Assembly (NCBI RefSeq): GCF_006345805.1
Contig: NW_021823890.1
Location: 1-27,278, forward strand
Length of the DNA stretch: 27,278 nt
Direction: 5' to 3'
Source of the DNA: Octopus sinensis
Taxonomy: Eukaryota
Position 1 is the stretch's first letter. Every line of letters begins with the position of its first letter. The notes beneath the pieces are model-generated. The model was not told where the DNA came from. It ran no database searches and saw only the letters and a program-made list of their open reading frames with translations. A program made the position numbers and the translations under genes. Shown piece after piece: positions 1 through 11,298 of the stretch.

Positions 1-58
1 AGACGGACGAAAGCTGCTACGCATTTGGTCCGGCGTGCCATCTATTCTGCCAGCTCAT
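1..58 (-). mobile_element. SINE-A 5' head (tRNA-like), cut by the window edge
   Basis: Reverse complement GAGCTGGCAGAATAGATGGCACGCCGGACCAAATGCGTAGCAGCTTTCGTC matches the head of the SINE-A copies at 4733 and 5687. Confidence 0.75.
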
Positions 59-431
59 CGCCTCCTTGCATGTCCATTCATTCGCGCAATTTATCTGATC
101 CAGTCAACTTGTCTCTGACCTATTTCGTATATTGTTACATATTTCGTTGGACGGTTGACACACAAACCACAAAAAGCTATTGTCTGCGCACAGCTGTAGT
201 TTTCGTCGGATCTTTTCTATTTTTACAGACCCTCTTTACGTGCTTAAAAGACGTGACTGGAAACAACGACATTATTTATTCAAGCAAGATCTTATTTCAA
301 ATAAACCGAGTCTCTTACTCTTCCATTTTTTTCTACTTAAAAATCAATAATATATATCTTTATCCCTTTTCATTTCTTTGTTTGTTCATTTGCATTTCAG
401 TCTAATGGTAAATTCCAATCATATACATCTC

Positions 432-758
432 GTGGCACTCCGTCGGTTGCGACGACGACGAGGGTTCCAGTTGATCCGATCAACGGAACAGCCTGCTCGT
501 GAAATTAACGTGTAAGTGGCTGAGGACTCCACAGACACGTGTACCCTTAACGTAGCTCTCAGGGTGATTCAGTGTGACACAGAGTATGACAAGGCTAGCA
601 CTTTGAAATACAGATACTACTCATTTTTGCCAGCTGAGTGAACTGGAGCAACGTGAAATAAAGTGTCTTGCTCAAGGACACAACGCACCACCAGGAATTG
701 AACTCATGACCTTACGATCATGAGCGGAATGCCCTAACCACTAAGCCACGCGCCCTCA
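432..758 (-). mobile_element. tRNA-derived SINE-B, near full length
   Basis: Minus strand carries A box TGGCTTAGTGG (738-748) and B box GAGTTCAATTCC (694-705), then a CORE-like segment TTGTGTCCTTGAGCAAGACACTTTATTTCACGTTGCTCC (631-683) shared with 25342-25394. Its 3' body is shared with 12470-12655. Confidence 0.85.
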
Positions 759-794
759 CTATATATATATATATATACAGACAGACAGATAGAC

Positions 795-853
<59 letters not shown>

Positions 854-874
854 CAGATAGATAGATAGATAGAC

Positions 875-933
<59 letters not shown>

Positions 934-991
934 AAGATAGATAGATAGAATAGATAGATAGATAGATAGCTATATAGATAGATAGATAGAT

Positions 992-1022
<31 letters not shown>
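759..1022. repeat. (TA)n + (GACA)n/(GATA)n microsatellite
   Basis: Directly visible; ends exactly at the LINE 3' junction. Confidence 0.97.
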
Positions 1023-2090
1023 TGTTTGTGTCTTTATTAGCCACACAGGGCTGCACACAGATGGAACAAATTACAAGGTAGAGCTTTTCTTTTGAAGGTT
1101 TAAAAAAAAAAGGAAGGGGGAGTTTCGATCAAAAGGGATCGTAAAAGGAGAGAAAGAGGACAAAAAAGGGGGGTTAAAAAAAGGGGGAGAGGAAGAAAAA
1201 AAAAATGATCAATAGGGATCGTTATCACAGAAATGTCAATATGAAGTGTAAAGGGAGGACAGGTGAGGTTTACCCGTGGAAAGAAAAGCCTACGGAAAAG
1301 ACCACGGTAACCTCGGTCAATGGAGTCACATGTTATATTTCTTTTTTTTTTTTTTGCAATAGCAACTCTCTGTTTTCAATTTCTGGGTTCATAGGACTAT
1401 GCTCAAGGTGGCTTCGTCATTCATACGTGCCATTCTTGCTACATTCACCCATCTTTTTTTAAAACATTCGCCTAGACAAAACTTGCCTCTCTACTCTCAC
1501 TTTCCTTTTCAAGTGGTACTTGAAGAAGTTGATGAGAGATTGACCAGAGAGGAAAGTGTTTGTCTCCAATCCTTTCAGACGCGTCCACCAGATACATTCT
1601 TTCGCCATAGCCACAAGATGATGAAAATAGCTCTTCCTTCCCGTTTGAAGGAAGAGCGTGACAATATTGACGATAGACTCAGCTGATAAACTGACTCGTC
1701 CCACACGTGACAGCAGTTGTTCGACATAAGCCCACAGGTCGGAAATTGTTGGACACTGCACGAGTGCGTGCAGAACGGTTTCGTCGCTCTGACCGCATCT
1801 CGGGCAGGTCGGCCCCGTGTTTCTCGAGCCGTGTCTGTAGAGCTTATCCCGAACGGTAGCGCTTCTCGGTAGCACTGCCAGGCCAGGGATCTCTGGAATT
1901 GTTCCATGGGCCCTGGCCCGAAAGTCGTCCGAAATCGCGGTCAGGTACTCCTCGTCGACGTCCAGTTCGCCCCGAGCTCGTCGTCGTACCTCCCCTCCCA
2001 CTAAACCCCTATAGAATGCTTTGGTTGTGTTGAAGTCACTCAAGGTCGACCCAGGACGGCAGAGTTGCTTGAGAGCAACGCGACACTCTC
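1023..2090 (-). mobile_element. 5'-truncated non-LTR retrotransposon (Tx1/L1-type): end of ORF2, 3' UTR and AATAAA
   Basis: Minus-strand translation gives FQRSLAWQCYREALP/VRDKL...CPRCGQSDETVLHALVQC (zf-RVT-type CCHC motif of L1/Tx1 ORF2), then KKRWVNVARM...L*. A pyrimidine-rich 3' UTR (1388-1023) carries AATAAA at 1038-1033, followed by (TATC)n. Confidence 0.85.
1389..2090 (-). pseudogene. LINE ORF2 C-terminal fragment with several frameshifts (zf-RVT cysteine-rich domain)
   Basis: Homologous peptide is split across supplied ORFs 1459..2211 and 1575..1907, with a further frameshift at the T/A run near 1459. Inferred original stop TGA at 1391-1389. Confidence 0.8.
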
Positions 2091-2372
<282 letters not shown>

Positions 2373-2431
2373 ATTGCCTGTGGCTTTTATAACATGAAGC
2401 TATTGGTATTTCCCGCTCAAACTCGCTCGTT

Positions 2432-2584
2432 GTTTTATCGTTTGCCTGTTTCAGCCAATGGGCTGCGGCCATACTGGGGCATCGCCTTGACGTGTTTAAG
2501 GGCTATTTTTCCCTTATGGTCTCGCACTTATTTTATCGGTCTCTTTTGTTGAACCGATAGGTGAGGTGCATGTAAATATATATA

Positions 2585-2635
<51 letters not shown>

Positions 2636-2788
2636 GTTGTTTGTGTGTGTGGTGGTACATCACACGATGGGCTTCTTTCAGTTTATTTCAAAGGTGTGGT
2701 AGACCTTGCTCAAGGTGCTACGATGTGGGGTTGAACCTAGAACCATGTGGTTTGGAAGAAAACGTCTCACCACAGCCACACCTGCCCC
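2432..2788 (-). mobile_element. Diverged SINE-C with internal (TA)n
   Basis: CTGCGGCCATACTGGGGCATCGCC tail-side motif, then (TA)n 2574-2634, then head-side GGGCTTCTTTCAGTTT...GAACCATGTGG...CACAGCCAC. Confidence 0.65.
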
Positions 2789-3361
2789 CAAATACACACA
2801 CACACACACACAGTTTCCGCAAACCGAATTCATTCACAAAGCCAACCGATCGTAGAAAACATATATGTCCAAGGTACCGTGCAGAGGGGTCGAACATAAT
2901 TCTGCGTGCTTAAAAACCGAGCTTGTTAACAGCTCAACCATGCCTACGCACTTTACAGGGTTTTTTCTTATATATGCTCTGTATATTCTATGGTCATCTC
3001 TGTTGGATCATTTGCCTACACAGCTATAAGAAAGTTGAGTCGGGACGATGATGGTGATGATGATGATAATGGTGGTGGTGGTGGTCGTGGTCGTGGTCGT
3101 TTGTTTGTTTACATTATCGTCGTTTGTTTCTGTGGCAGCTTTTGGTCGGTTTTGGATGTCCTCAGAAAATCGACTGAAATCGCAGGAGTTAGAATAACAA
3201 TCTCTAATCTGTGGCAGCTATTTTGGGACGAAAATGGACGCCATTTGCGGAAAGCTGGGTTTTAAGTCTGGCTAAACTTCGTCAGAATAAATTTTGTTAA
3301 CAGCATCAAATGGTCGCAGTTTATTTTCCGTTTCTTTTTATAGCATTGGAATAAAACACGT

Positions 3362-4149
3362 TATGTATGTATGTATGTATGTGTGTATGTATGTATGTAT
3401 GTATGTATGTATGTATGTATGTATGTATGTATGTATGTATGTATGTATGTATGTATGTGTGTATGTATGTGTGTATGTATGTATGTATGTATGCATGTAT
3501 GTGTATGTATGTATGTATGTATGTATGTATGTATGTATGTATGTATGTGTGTATGTATGTGTGTATGTATGTATGTATGTACGTATGTATGTAGTATGTA
3601 TGTATGTATGTATGTATGTATGTATGAATGTATGTATGTGTGTGTTCCTGTATGTATGTATGAATGTATGTATGTGTGTGTTCCTGTATGTATGTATGTA
3701 TGTACATATGTATGTAAGTATGTATGTATGTATGTATGTGTGTATGTATGTGTGTGTGTATGTATTATGTATGTGTGTATGTATGTATGTGTGCCTGTAT
3801 GTATGTATGTATGTACGTATGTATGTAAGTATGTATGTATGTATGTATGTATGAATGAATGTACGTATGTATGTATGTACGAACGTATGTATGTATGTGT
3901 GTGTTCCTGTATGTATGTATGTATGTATGTATGTACGAACGTATGTATGTATATATGTGTGTGTATATGTATGTACACATGTATGTGTGTATGTATGTAT
4001 GTATGTATGTATGTATGTATGAATGAATGTATGTATGTGTGTGTATATGTATGTACACATGTATGTGTGTATACGTATGTATGCATGTGTCCTTGATACA
4101 ATTAAATTATATATATATGTGTGTGTGTGTGGTGTGTGTGTGTGTGTGT

Positions 4150-4182
<33 letters not shown>
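3362..4182. repeat. Compound (TATG)n microsatellite with recurring interruptions, then (TA)n/(TG)n
   Basis: Directly visible; source of the MYVC/HTYI pseudo-ORFs. Confidence 0.97.
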
Positions 4183-4184
<2 letters not shown>

Positions 4185-4732
4185 ATAGTTCGCTTAGGCG
4201 TAGAGTGGCTGTGTATTCCACAGGCACCAGTGCTTTTAACGCAATTCTCAACATAAACATTCTCCCTCATAACCCCCGTATATTCTGAGAATGTAACTTT
4301 CTCAAATAAAGTGCACTTCATATTCAAGGTTTTGATGGAGCTATAAGATGGCATCCTGGTACTGTGGGCAAAACTTCTAGTAAGTGATGGGTTAATTTTG
4401 AAGTAGATGCAAAATATAGGTTGGTCATTAATTGTACAGACAATTCTCAGGCACTGTAAGACAATGAAGAACAAGGTTGAGAGGAAAAACTACAGAAAAC
4501 TTGAAAAGCATTTATCATTTAAAATCCTTTTGACACACATTAAGCATCGACATCCTGATAAGTCATTCGTAAGAGTGTGAACCATATTCGTGATAAGGGC
4601 ACAAACTTTTGTCACTGGCAAAAATGAAACACATTCTCTACACTGCTTTATTTCATATTTAAATAATTTTAATCAATTTAGATTCCAGAATTGCGCCCCT
4701 TGCATTTCTTGACCAGTATTCATAACCAAATA

Positions 4733-4963
4733 GGCGGCGAGCTAGTAGAAACGTTAGCACGCCGGGCGAAATGCTTACCGGTATTTCGTCTTCCGCTACG
4801 TTCTGAGTTCAAATTCCGCCGAGTTCGACTTTGCCTTTCATCCTTTCGGGGTCGATAAATTAAGTACCAGTTACGCACTGGGGCCGATGTAATCGACTTA
4901 ATACATTTGTCTGTCCTTGTTTGTCCACTCTGTGTTTGGCCCCTTGTGGGCAATAAAGAAATA
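4733..4963 (+). mobile_element. Full-length SINE-A with target-site duplication
   Basis: Head GGCGGCGAGCTAGTAGAAACG, B box GAGTTCAAATTCC, 3' end GCAATAAAGAAAT. Flanked by AGTATT(C/A)ATAACCAAA at 4715-4730 and 4964-4979. Confidence 0.85.
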
Positions 4964-4975
4964 AGTATTAATAAC

Positions 4976-5290
4976 CAAACAAATGCTTTCTCTACGTTAC
5001 TGGTGAAATTTTAATTAATTACAGTTCACCACATGACGTCAGTTATCACTCATTTTAATAATCGCTGTATACAAATTTATATTCAATCTTAATTAATTTC
5101 AATAAATTTAAATTCAGGACTTTTTCCCTTACGTTTTTTATCAGATTTAATTTTTAAACAAATGAACTTTTCTCCTCATTACGAGTGAAATTTTAATTAC
5201 AGTCGACCACATTGCGTTGGTTATTATCCATTCGAACAATCGGTGTACAACACTTCATTTTATATTTAATTAATTTTAATCAATTTAAAT
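4976..5290 (+). repeat. Degenerate AT-rich ~182-bp direct repeat (2 copies plus a partial third at ~4650-4730)
   Basis: TTAC..GTGAAATTTTAATT..ACAGT.CACCACAT...TTAATTAATTT.AAT.AATTTA occurs starting at 4997 and 5179. Confidence 0.6.
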
Positions 5291-5686
5291 CCCCCCACCC
5301 ACCCACCCATTTTAATAATCCCTGTAAGCAGCGGAAGTACAGTATTATAATTCAGAAATATTCTGTTTCCGGTGCTGAATTCCGTCTCTCCCAAAAAGAC
5401 AAGAAACCATTCTAATCCCTTATTTTAAGTGTGCGCTAATGGCCTCAAAAGTCAATGCAGGATTTGTTCAAAGCATTGCTCCAGCAAAGTCGCAACTGGA
5501 ACAAGTAAAAGAATGAAAGAACTACAGAATGAATTTACTATTGTAGCGTTTCGAATTCAGAACGCAATGTCGGATGTCGATTCCGAAACAAAGGAAGCTT
5601 GATTGGTTCCAGGACAATACACAAGGCCACAACAACCTGTTGTTTATTATAACAATTTCTATTGTTTATTATAGAAGCTGGGCTAA

Positions 5687-6621
5687 GGCGGCGAGCTGGC
5701 AGAAACGTTAGCACGCCGGGCGAAATGCTTAGCGGTATTTCGTCTGCCGCTACATTCTGAGTTCAAATTCCGCCGAGGTCAACTTGCCTTCATCCTTCGG
5801 GTCGAATAAATTAAGTACCATTACGCACTGGGGTCATATAAATCGACTTATCCGTCTGTCGTCCTTGTTGTCCAGTCTATGTTTAGCCCCTTGTGGTAAT
5901 AAAGAAAGGTCTGTCGTCTGCCGCTACATTCTGAGTTCAAAGTCCGCCGAGGTCGACTTTGCCTTTCATCCTTTCGGAGTCGATAAATTAAGTACCAGTT
6001 ACGCACTGGGGTCGATGTAATCGACTTAATCCCTTTGTCTGTCTTTGTTTGTCCACTCCATGTTTAGCCCCTTGTGGGTAGTAATGAAATAGGTATGTCG
6101 TCTGTCGCTACGTTCTGAGTTCAAATTCCGCCGAGGTCGACTTTACCTTTCCTCCTTTCGGGGTCGATAAATTAAGTACCAGTTACGCACTGGGGTCGAT
6201 ATAATCGACTTAATCCGTCTGTCTGTCCTTGTTTGTCCAGTCTATGTTTAGCCCCTTGTGGGTAATAAAGAAATAGGTATGTTGTCTGCCGCTACATTCT
6301 GAGTTCAAAGTCCGCCGAGGTCGACTTTGCCTTTCATCCTTTCGGAGTCGATAAATTAAGTACCAGTTACGCACTGGGGTCGATGTAATCGACTTTATCC
6401 ATTTGTCTGTCTTTGTTTGTCCACTCCATGTTTAGCCCCTTGTGGGTAGTAATGAAATAGGTATGTCGTCTGTCGCTACGTTCTGAGTTCAAATTCCGCC
6501 GAGGTCGACTTTGCCTTTCATCCTTTCAGGATCGATTAAATAAGTACCAGTTACGCACTGGGGTCGATATAATCGACTTAGTCCGTTTGTGTGTCCTTGT
6601 TTGTCCTCTCTGTGTTTAGCC
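5687..6621 (+). repeat. Tandem SINE-A array: one full head plus four headless 184-bp units
   Basis: Unit starts at 5908, 6092, 6276 and 6460 (exact 184-bp period), each with B box GAGTTCAAA(T/G)TCC. The A-box head is present only at 5687. Confidence 0.92.
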
Positions 6622-6792
6622 TGAAATTTGTGGGGGTGGGGGAGACTAATCGATTACATTGACCCCTGTATTTCACTGGTATTCAATTTATCGACCCCAA
6701 AACGATGAAAGGCAAAGGCGACCTCGACGACATTTGAACTCAGAACGTAAAGACGCACGAAATATCGCTAAGCATTTCGTCTAGCGTGCAAC
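6621..6792 (-). mobile_element. SINE-A subfamily variant, tail-to-tail with the array
   Basis: Reverse complement TACGTTCTGAGTTCAAATGTCGTCGAGGTCGCCTTTGCCTTTCATC...; different 3' end (CCCCCACCCCCACAAATTTCAG). Confidence 0.8.
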
Positions 6793-7714
6793 ATGTGTGT
6801 GTGTGTGCGTACGTATTTAAATGTATACGTATATATGCATATGTATATGTACGTACGTATGTATACATATGTATCTCGGTGTGTGTACGTGGGTGTTAGG
6901 GACAACCGAGAAATACCCTCAAAACGGTAATGGCGGCTCAAAGAATCCCTATTTATTTGAATAAATGGAAATCTAATTCGTTTGAACAATGTGTGTAAAT
7001 TTCCGAAATAACTAAATGGACAATAGAGTCACTGGAATTAATTATTTGCACAGGAACACAATAGTCTTGATAAAATATGAACAAATGAGTCATTATGTTA
7101 CGATCTTCAACGAATGGCGTCATTAAAGAACATGTTCGCGCACGTTTTCAGTGCTTCTATAAAGTTGGGTACTCTGGGAACATGAACATCCCGTCCCTCG
7201 CAATGGCTGTTTTAAATAGCGGTCTTATTACCTTAAATGTAAACTGAAGGCGGAAGTAAACCAATAAATTGAAACAAGATATTACATTGTTTGGCTCTCT
7301 CCGTTTGAAACTGTAGGGAGATTATGATATTTCCTCTAAATTGAATACATTCTCAATGAAAACTCTCTCCACAACTGCGGCAACCGAAGAATTTTATTTA
7401 TTTTATTTATTTTTTAAAGTATCCAAAATAAAAAAAAAAGAAAAGAAAAAGAAAATGTTTGCTCTTTCAGAAGTCATTACACCGACGCAGAGTCTGGATT
7501 ATGATTCATTCTGACAATCAGCAAAAGAAACAAAAAAAAACAAACAATTGTTGAATTAGAGGAGCATTTCTGAAGTATTTTTCATTGAATTTGATTCAAC
7601 GAGAGGCGAGGCAATCGGAATACCCGAATAAAGGTCCTTTCTCGCATCAATAAACCTAAACGGGTATTCAGGTGCATCATCTGTACTACATTTTCTAACT
7701 TATTTACCTCACAC

Positions 7715-7769
<55 letters not shown>

Positions 7770-8250
7770 CTATAACAATTAAAATTTAAATTTAAATGTT
7801 TAGCCCCTGTGGGCAATAAAGAAACTTATGTACGTGTGTGTGTGTGTATACGACAGGCTTCTTTCAATTTCCATCTACCGAAACCCGAACCTTTGAAGGC
7901 GGTGGTCCGCATGGCAGCAATCCGTCGGCTTAAAGCAGTAAAATATATTCTCACAATGTTGCCAAAGCGATAGATATGTTGGTCATGCTCTCCATTTTTC
8001 TTCACTGACACCAACACTCAAAGTTGAGTGGAGGTCAAGTTCAAGAGACATCACTCAACCCTTTTCTACTTGACGGTAACCTCAGAACCGTTCAGATAGC
8101 TAACCTTGAATTAGGGAGGAAGGGCATGGTTGGGTTTAGGCAAAACCCAATTGTAATTGAAGTATTATATCAGTCAAGTATAATCTTCGTTTGGAGAAGC
8201 ATTTGAAGTGTCTTTGTTGTCTTTCTTTATTATGGAACAACACATAACAC

Positions 8251-8900
8251 AGTGTGTGTGTGTCTGTGTGTGTGAGTGTGTGTGTGTGTGTGTCTCTCTG
8301 TGTGTTTGTATGTGTGTGTCCGTGTGTGTGTGTCTGTGTGTGTGCGTGTGTGTCTGTGTGTGTGTCTGTGTGTGTGTGTCTGTGTGCGTGTGTGTGTGTC
8401 TGTGTGTCTGTGTGTGTGTGTGTGTGTCTGTGTCTGTCTGTGTGTATGTGAGTGTCTGTGTCTGTGTGTGTCTGTGTCTGTGTGTATATGTGTGTGTGTG
8501 GGGGTGTACATACGCAAACACACGCGAACATATAATAACATAGTGGATTACGCAGTCACACACACATACATACGCATACACAGACACACACATACATACG
8601 CATACACAGACACACACACATACCACAGACACACACACGCACATAGACACACACACAGACACACACAGACACACACAGACACACACACACACAGACACAC
8701 ACAGACACACACACACACACATACACGTACATTCATACATACCGGCACAAGTGGATTACACACATACACGTGCATACACACACATACATGCACACGCGTA
8801 CATACACATATACATAGACACATACATATACACATATATTGAAATACTGATGCACTACGTACACACGCATTTACAGACACGCACACACAAAACATAGTGA
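8251..8900. repeat. (TG)n/(TCTG) array 8251-8500 facing a (CA)n/(CAGA) array from ~8557
   Basis: Directly visible. Confidence 0.95.
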
Positions 8901-8951
8901 ATGACACACAAACACACATTAACACAGTGAAGGACGGACGCGCGCACACAT

Positions 8952-9184
8952 TCTCTCTTTTACTCTTTTACTTGTTTCAGTCATATGACTGCGGCCATGC
9001 TGGAGCACCGCCTTAAGTCGAGCAAATCGACCCCAGGACTAATTCTTTTTGTAAGCCCAGTACTTATTCTATCGGTCTCTTTTGCCGAACCGCCAAGTGA
9101 CGGGGACGTAAACACACCACATCGGTTGTCAAGCAATGCTAGGGGGACAAACACACACATACATACATTATATATATATATATA

Positions 9185-9240
<56 letters not shown>

Positions 9241-9416
9241 CATAATATATACGACAGGCTTCTTTCAGTTTCCCGTCTACCAAATCCACTCACAAGGCAT
9301 TGGTCGGCCCGGGGCTATGTAGAAGACACTTGCCCCAAGATGCCACGCAGTGGGACTGGACCTTGAACCATGTGGTTGGTTAGCAAGCTACTTACCACAC
9401 AGCCACTCCTGCGCCT
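8952..9416 (-). mobile_element. Full-length SINE-C (tRNA head, CORE-like CCTTGGG(G)CAAGTG, internal microsatellite, (GAGTAAAA)n tail)
   Basis: Minus head AGGCGCAGGAGTGGCTGTGTGG...GGTCCAGTCCC; internal (TA)n/(CA)n ~9152-9250; tail TACTCTTTTAC on plus. High identity to 11557-11970 and 24815-25228. May correspond to the described octopus CORE-SINE OR2 (not verified). Confidence 0.9.
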
Positions 9417-9587
9417 AATTATTTCATAAAGCCTGATGATATTGATGATTATGTCTGTTTTAATTAAATCTAAAATGGACAATTCATCGTTGCGTTTTTA
9501 TCTTTTACTTTTGGATTATCATAATCAAGATTCCCGCCTTGAGGATTTCTTATTTTAACATTTCTCTTGGCTCTGCTCTATAGATGA

Positions 9588-9978
9588 CTATCAGTATCGC
9601 CCGGCGTTGCTCGGGTTTGTTTCGACCCTTTAGAATTGGAATTTTTGAAAAGTAAAAATTTCGCATTATGTAGCTTGTTATTCTCTTTATGTGAACATTT
9701 TTCTGGTTGAAATACACCGAAAAATGGCGACACAGCAGTCAGAAAATCGTAAAATATAGGGATTTTCATAGAAAAAAGCACCTTTTTGACGTATTTAATT
9801 GTTGGTGTTAACATGGTCCGATTTGAATTTTTTCTTCTACGGAAGGAAGAGCAAGCCTTCTTCTATCATACTCTCAATTTTGGTCAACTTGCGCCGCAGG
9901 GTCTCGGAGGAGATAGTGTTAGTTGAAGGCTACCAAACCTGCCATACACAGACAACTTCAGCTTTATATAGAGAGAGA
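9588..9978 (-). mobile_element. Non-autonomous Helitron (~391 bp)
   Basis: Minus strand begins A|TC (9979|9978-9977). Subterminal hairpin CCCGAGCAACGCCGGG (9615-9600). Ends ATAG|T (CTAG variant) at 9591-9588|9587. No TSD. Confidence 0.7.
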
Positions 9979-10334
9979 TTATGTGAGCGTTCTAGCGTTT
10001 GGATTTGTCATACTTTGTTATATAGTTTATCCTTTTTGTATCTGTAAGATCCATCTTCCAGGTTTCCGTAGACTTTGTTACTTTCGTTGCTTATTTTCTA
10101 TTTGTTACCTGTGTGTTTTTGCATATTTTTTCTTTTAAATGTGCGACTTCAGTTTCTGATATAGTTTTTACTTTGAGAATAATATCTTCTTACTTTAGTT
10201 TGTTTACTGCGTGCCCTACGACACATTCAAGACCGAGTTATATTCTCTCCAGATTTGAAACAAATATACCGCCATAGTTTCGTGTTTGGGAGTAGAATGT
10301 CCTACAAAAACCCATAAGATATTTTTGTTCGACA

Positions 10335-10526
10335 TGCTACCGCCGGACAAAATACCTGGCGGAATTTCTTCCGGCTCTATGCATTCTGACTTTAAATACG
10401 GTCTATACTAACTTTGCCTTCCATCCTTTCAAGGTCGATAAAATAAAGTACCGGTCAAGTACTGGGGACGATGTAATTGACTAACCTCCCCGCCCACCAC
10501 TCCAAAATTGCTGGCCTCGTGTCAAA
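10335..10526 (+). mobile_element. Old diverged SINE-A variant
   Basis: ACTTTGCCTTCCATCCTTTCAAGGTCGATAAAATAAAGTACCGGTCAAGTACTGGGGACGATGTAATTGACT aligns with the SINE-A body. Confidence 0.7.
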
Positions 10527-10719
10527 GTAATAAAGAGTTATTATTACGCATACTAAACTGCCAACCATTTCTATAAAGTTACCTGGCTATATTGGTCGCT
10601 TTTAACACAGGGGCCTCGCTGTTGTTGTATGTCATGAGACCAGGTCTCCTGTCGGAGAATACAAATGTGAGATGTGATTTATTTCTCCCTGACAACCAAC
10701 AAAACCATAACAACCCCTA

Positions 10720-10975
10720 TAATCACCGTCACCATCACCACCGCAGCAACCACCACCGCCACCACCACCAATTTCACTGGTTATTGTGGCCCTGCCCTAT
10801 TATGAGGACACAAGCACTCTCCTTATTCTCCGACCCCCTCTGACTAAGCAATGACATCAACAACAACGACTAAGACAACACTGGTAGCAACTACAATAAT
10901 AATAACAATGATGACGATGATGATGACAATGATGATGATAACGATTATGGTAACAACAACAGCGATAAAAGCGGT
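10720..10975. repeat. Low-complexity trinucleotide tract (CAC/CAA/GAT)
   Basis: Directly visible; produces His/Thr/Met-rich pseudo-ORFs. Confidence 0.85.
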
Positions 10976-11179
10976 GTTGCCCCATCCATCATCTGAATTG
11001 TTTTATCTTCCTTTTGTTTTGTTTGTTTATTATTTTACTTCGATTTTTCCCCCTTAACAGAGATCTTTTGTTTGGTGATCGCCACCTGACTCTCACTCTC
11101 CTCATAATCATACTTTTATTGTTTCCTGCCCCCCCATTCCCCTTTCCCCTCTCTGCCCCACTCTCATAATATATTAAAT

Positions 11180-11211
11180 CTATATATATATAAATATATA
11201 TATATATAATT

Positions 11212-11271
<60 letters not shown>

Positions 11272-11298
11272 ATATATATTATATATATAATATATATA
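11180..11298. repeat. (TA)n microsatellite
   Basis: Directly visible. Confidence 0.95.

Noticed and set aside
221-330. Possible splice acceptor TTTTACAG (227-228) followed by DPLYVLKRRDWKQRHYLFKQDLISNKP
   Set aside because: No convincing donor site and no recognisable protein. It would need RNA-seq or tblastn support.
694-758. tRNA-like heads as genuine tRNA genes (also 12275-12340 and the SINE-A/C heads)
   Set aside because: They run directly into SINE bodies and lack a complete cloverleaf with an acceptor stem.
3294-4474. Long ORFs (186-378 aa) rich in MYVC/HTYI, and similar ORFs at 8136-8949, 11984-12356, 16175-16681, 18460-18798 and 25567-25878
   Set aside because: They are translations of (TATG)n, (CA)n and (TA)n microsatellites, which lack stops in several frames.
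4280-4560. Peptides NVTFSNKVHF / QGFDGAIRWH / WVNFEVDAKYRLV faintly resembling a Tc1/Tc3 transposase catalytic region
   Set aside because: The catalytic D/E residues, DNA-x-H motif and TIRs are not visible. The similarity is too weak to call by eye.
5908-6621. Regularly spaced repeats superficially like a CRISPR array
   Set aside because: The 184-bp units are near-identical along their whole length with no unique spacers, are SINE-derived, lie in a eukaryotic context, and have no cas genes.
7618-7669. 9-bp inverted repeat GAATACCCG/CGGGTATTC with a 34-nt spacer
   Set aside because: Short stem and large loop, within chance expectation.
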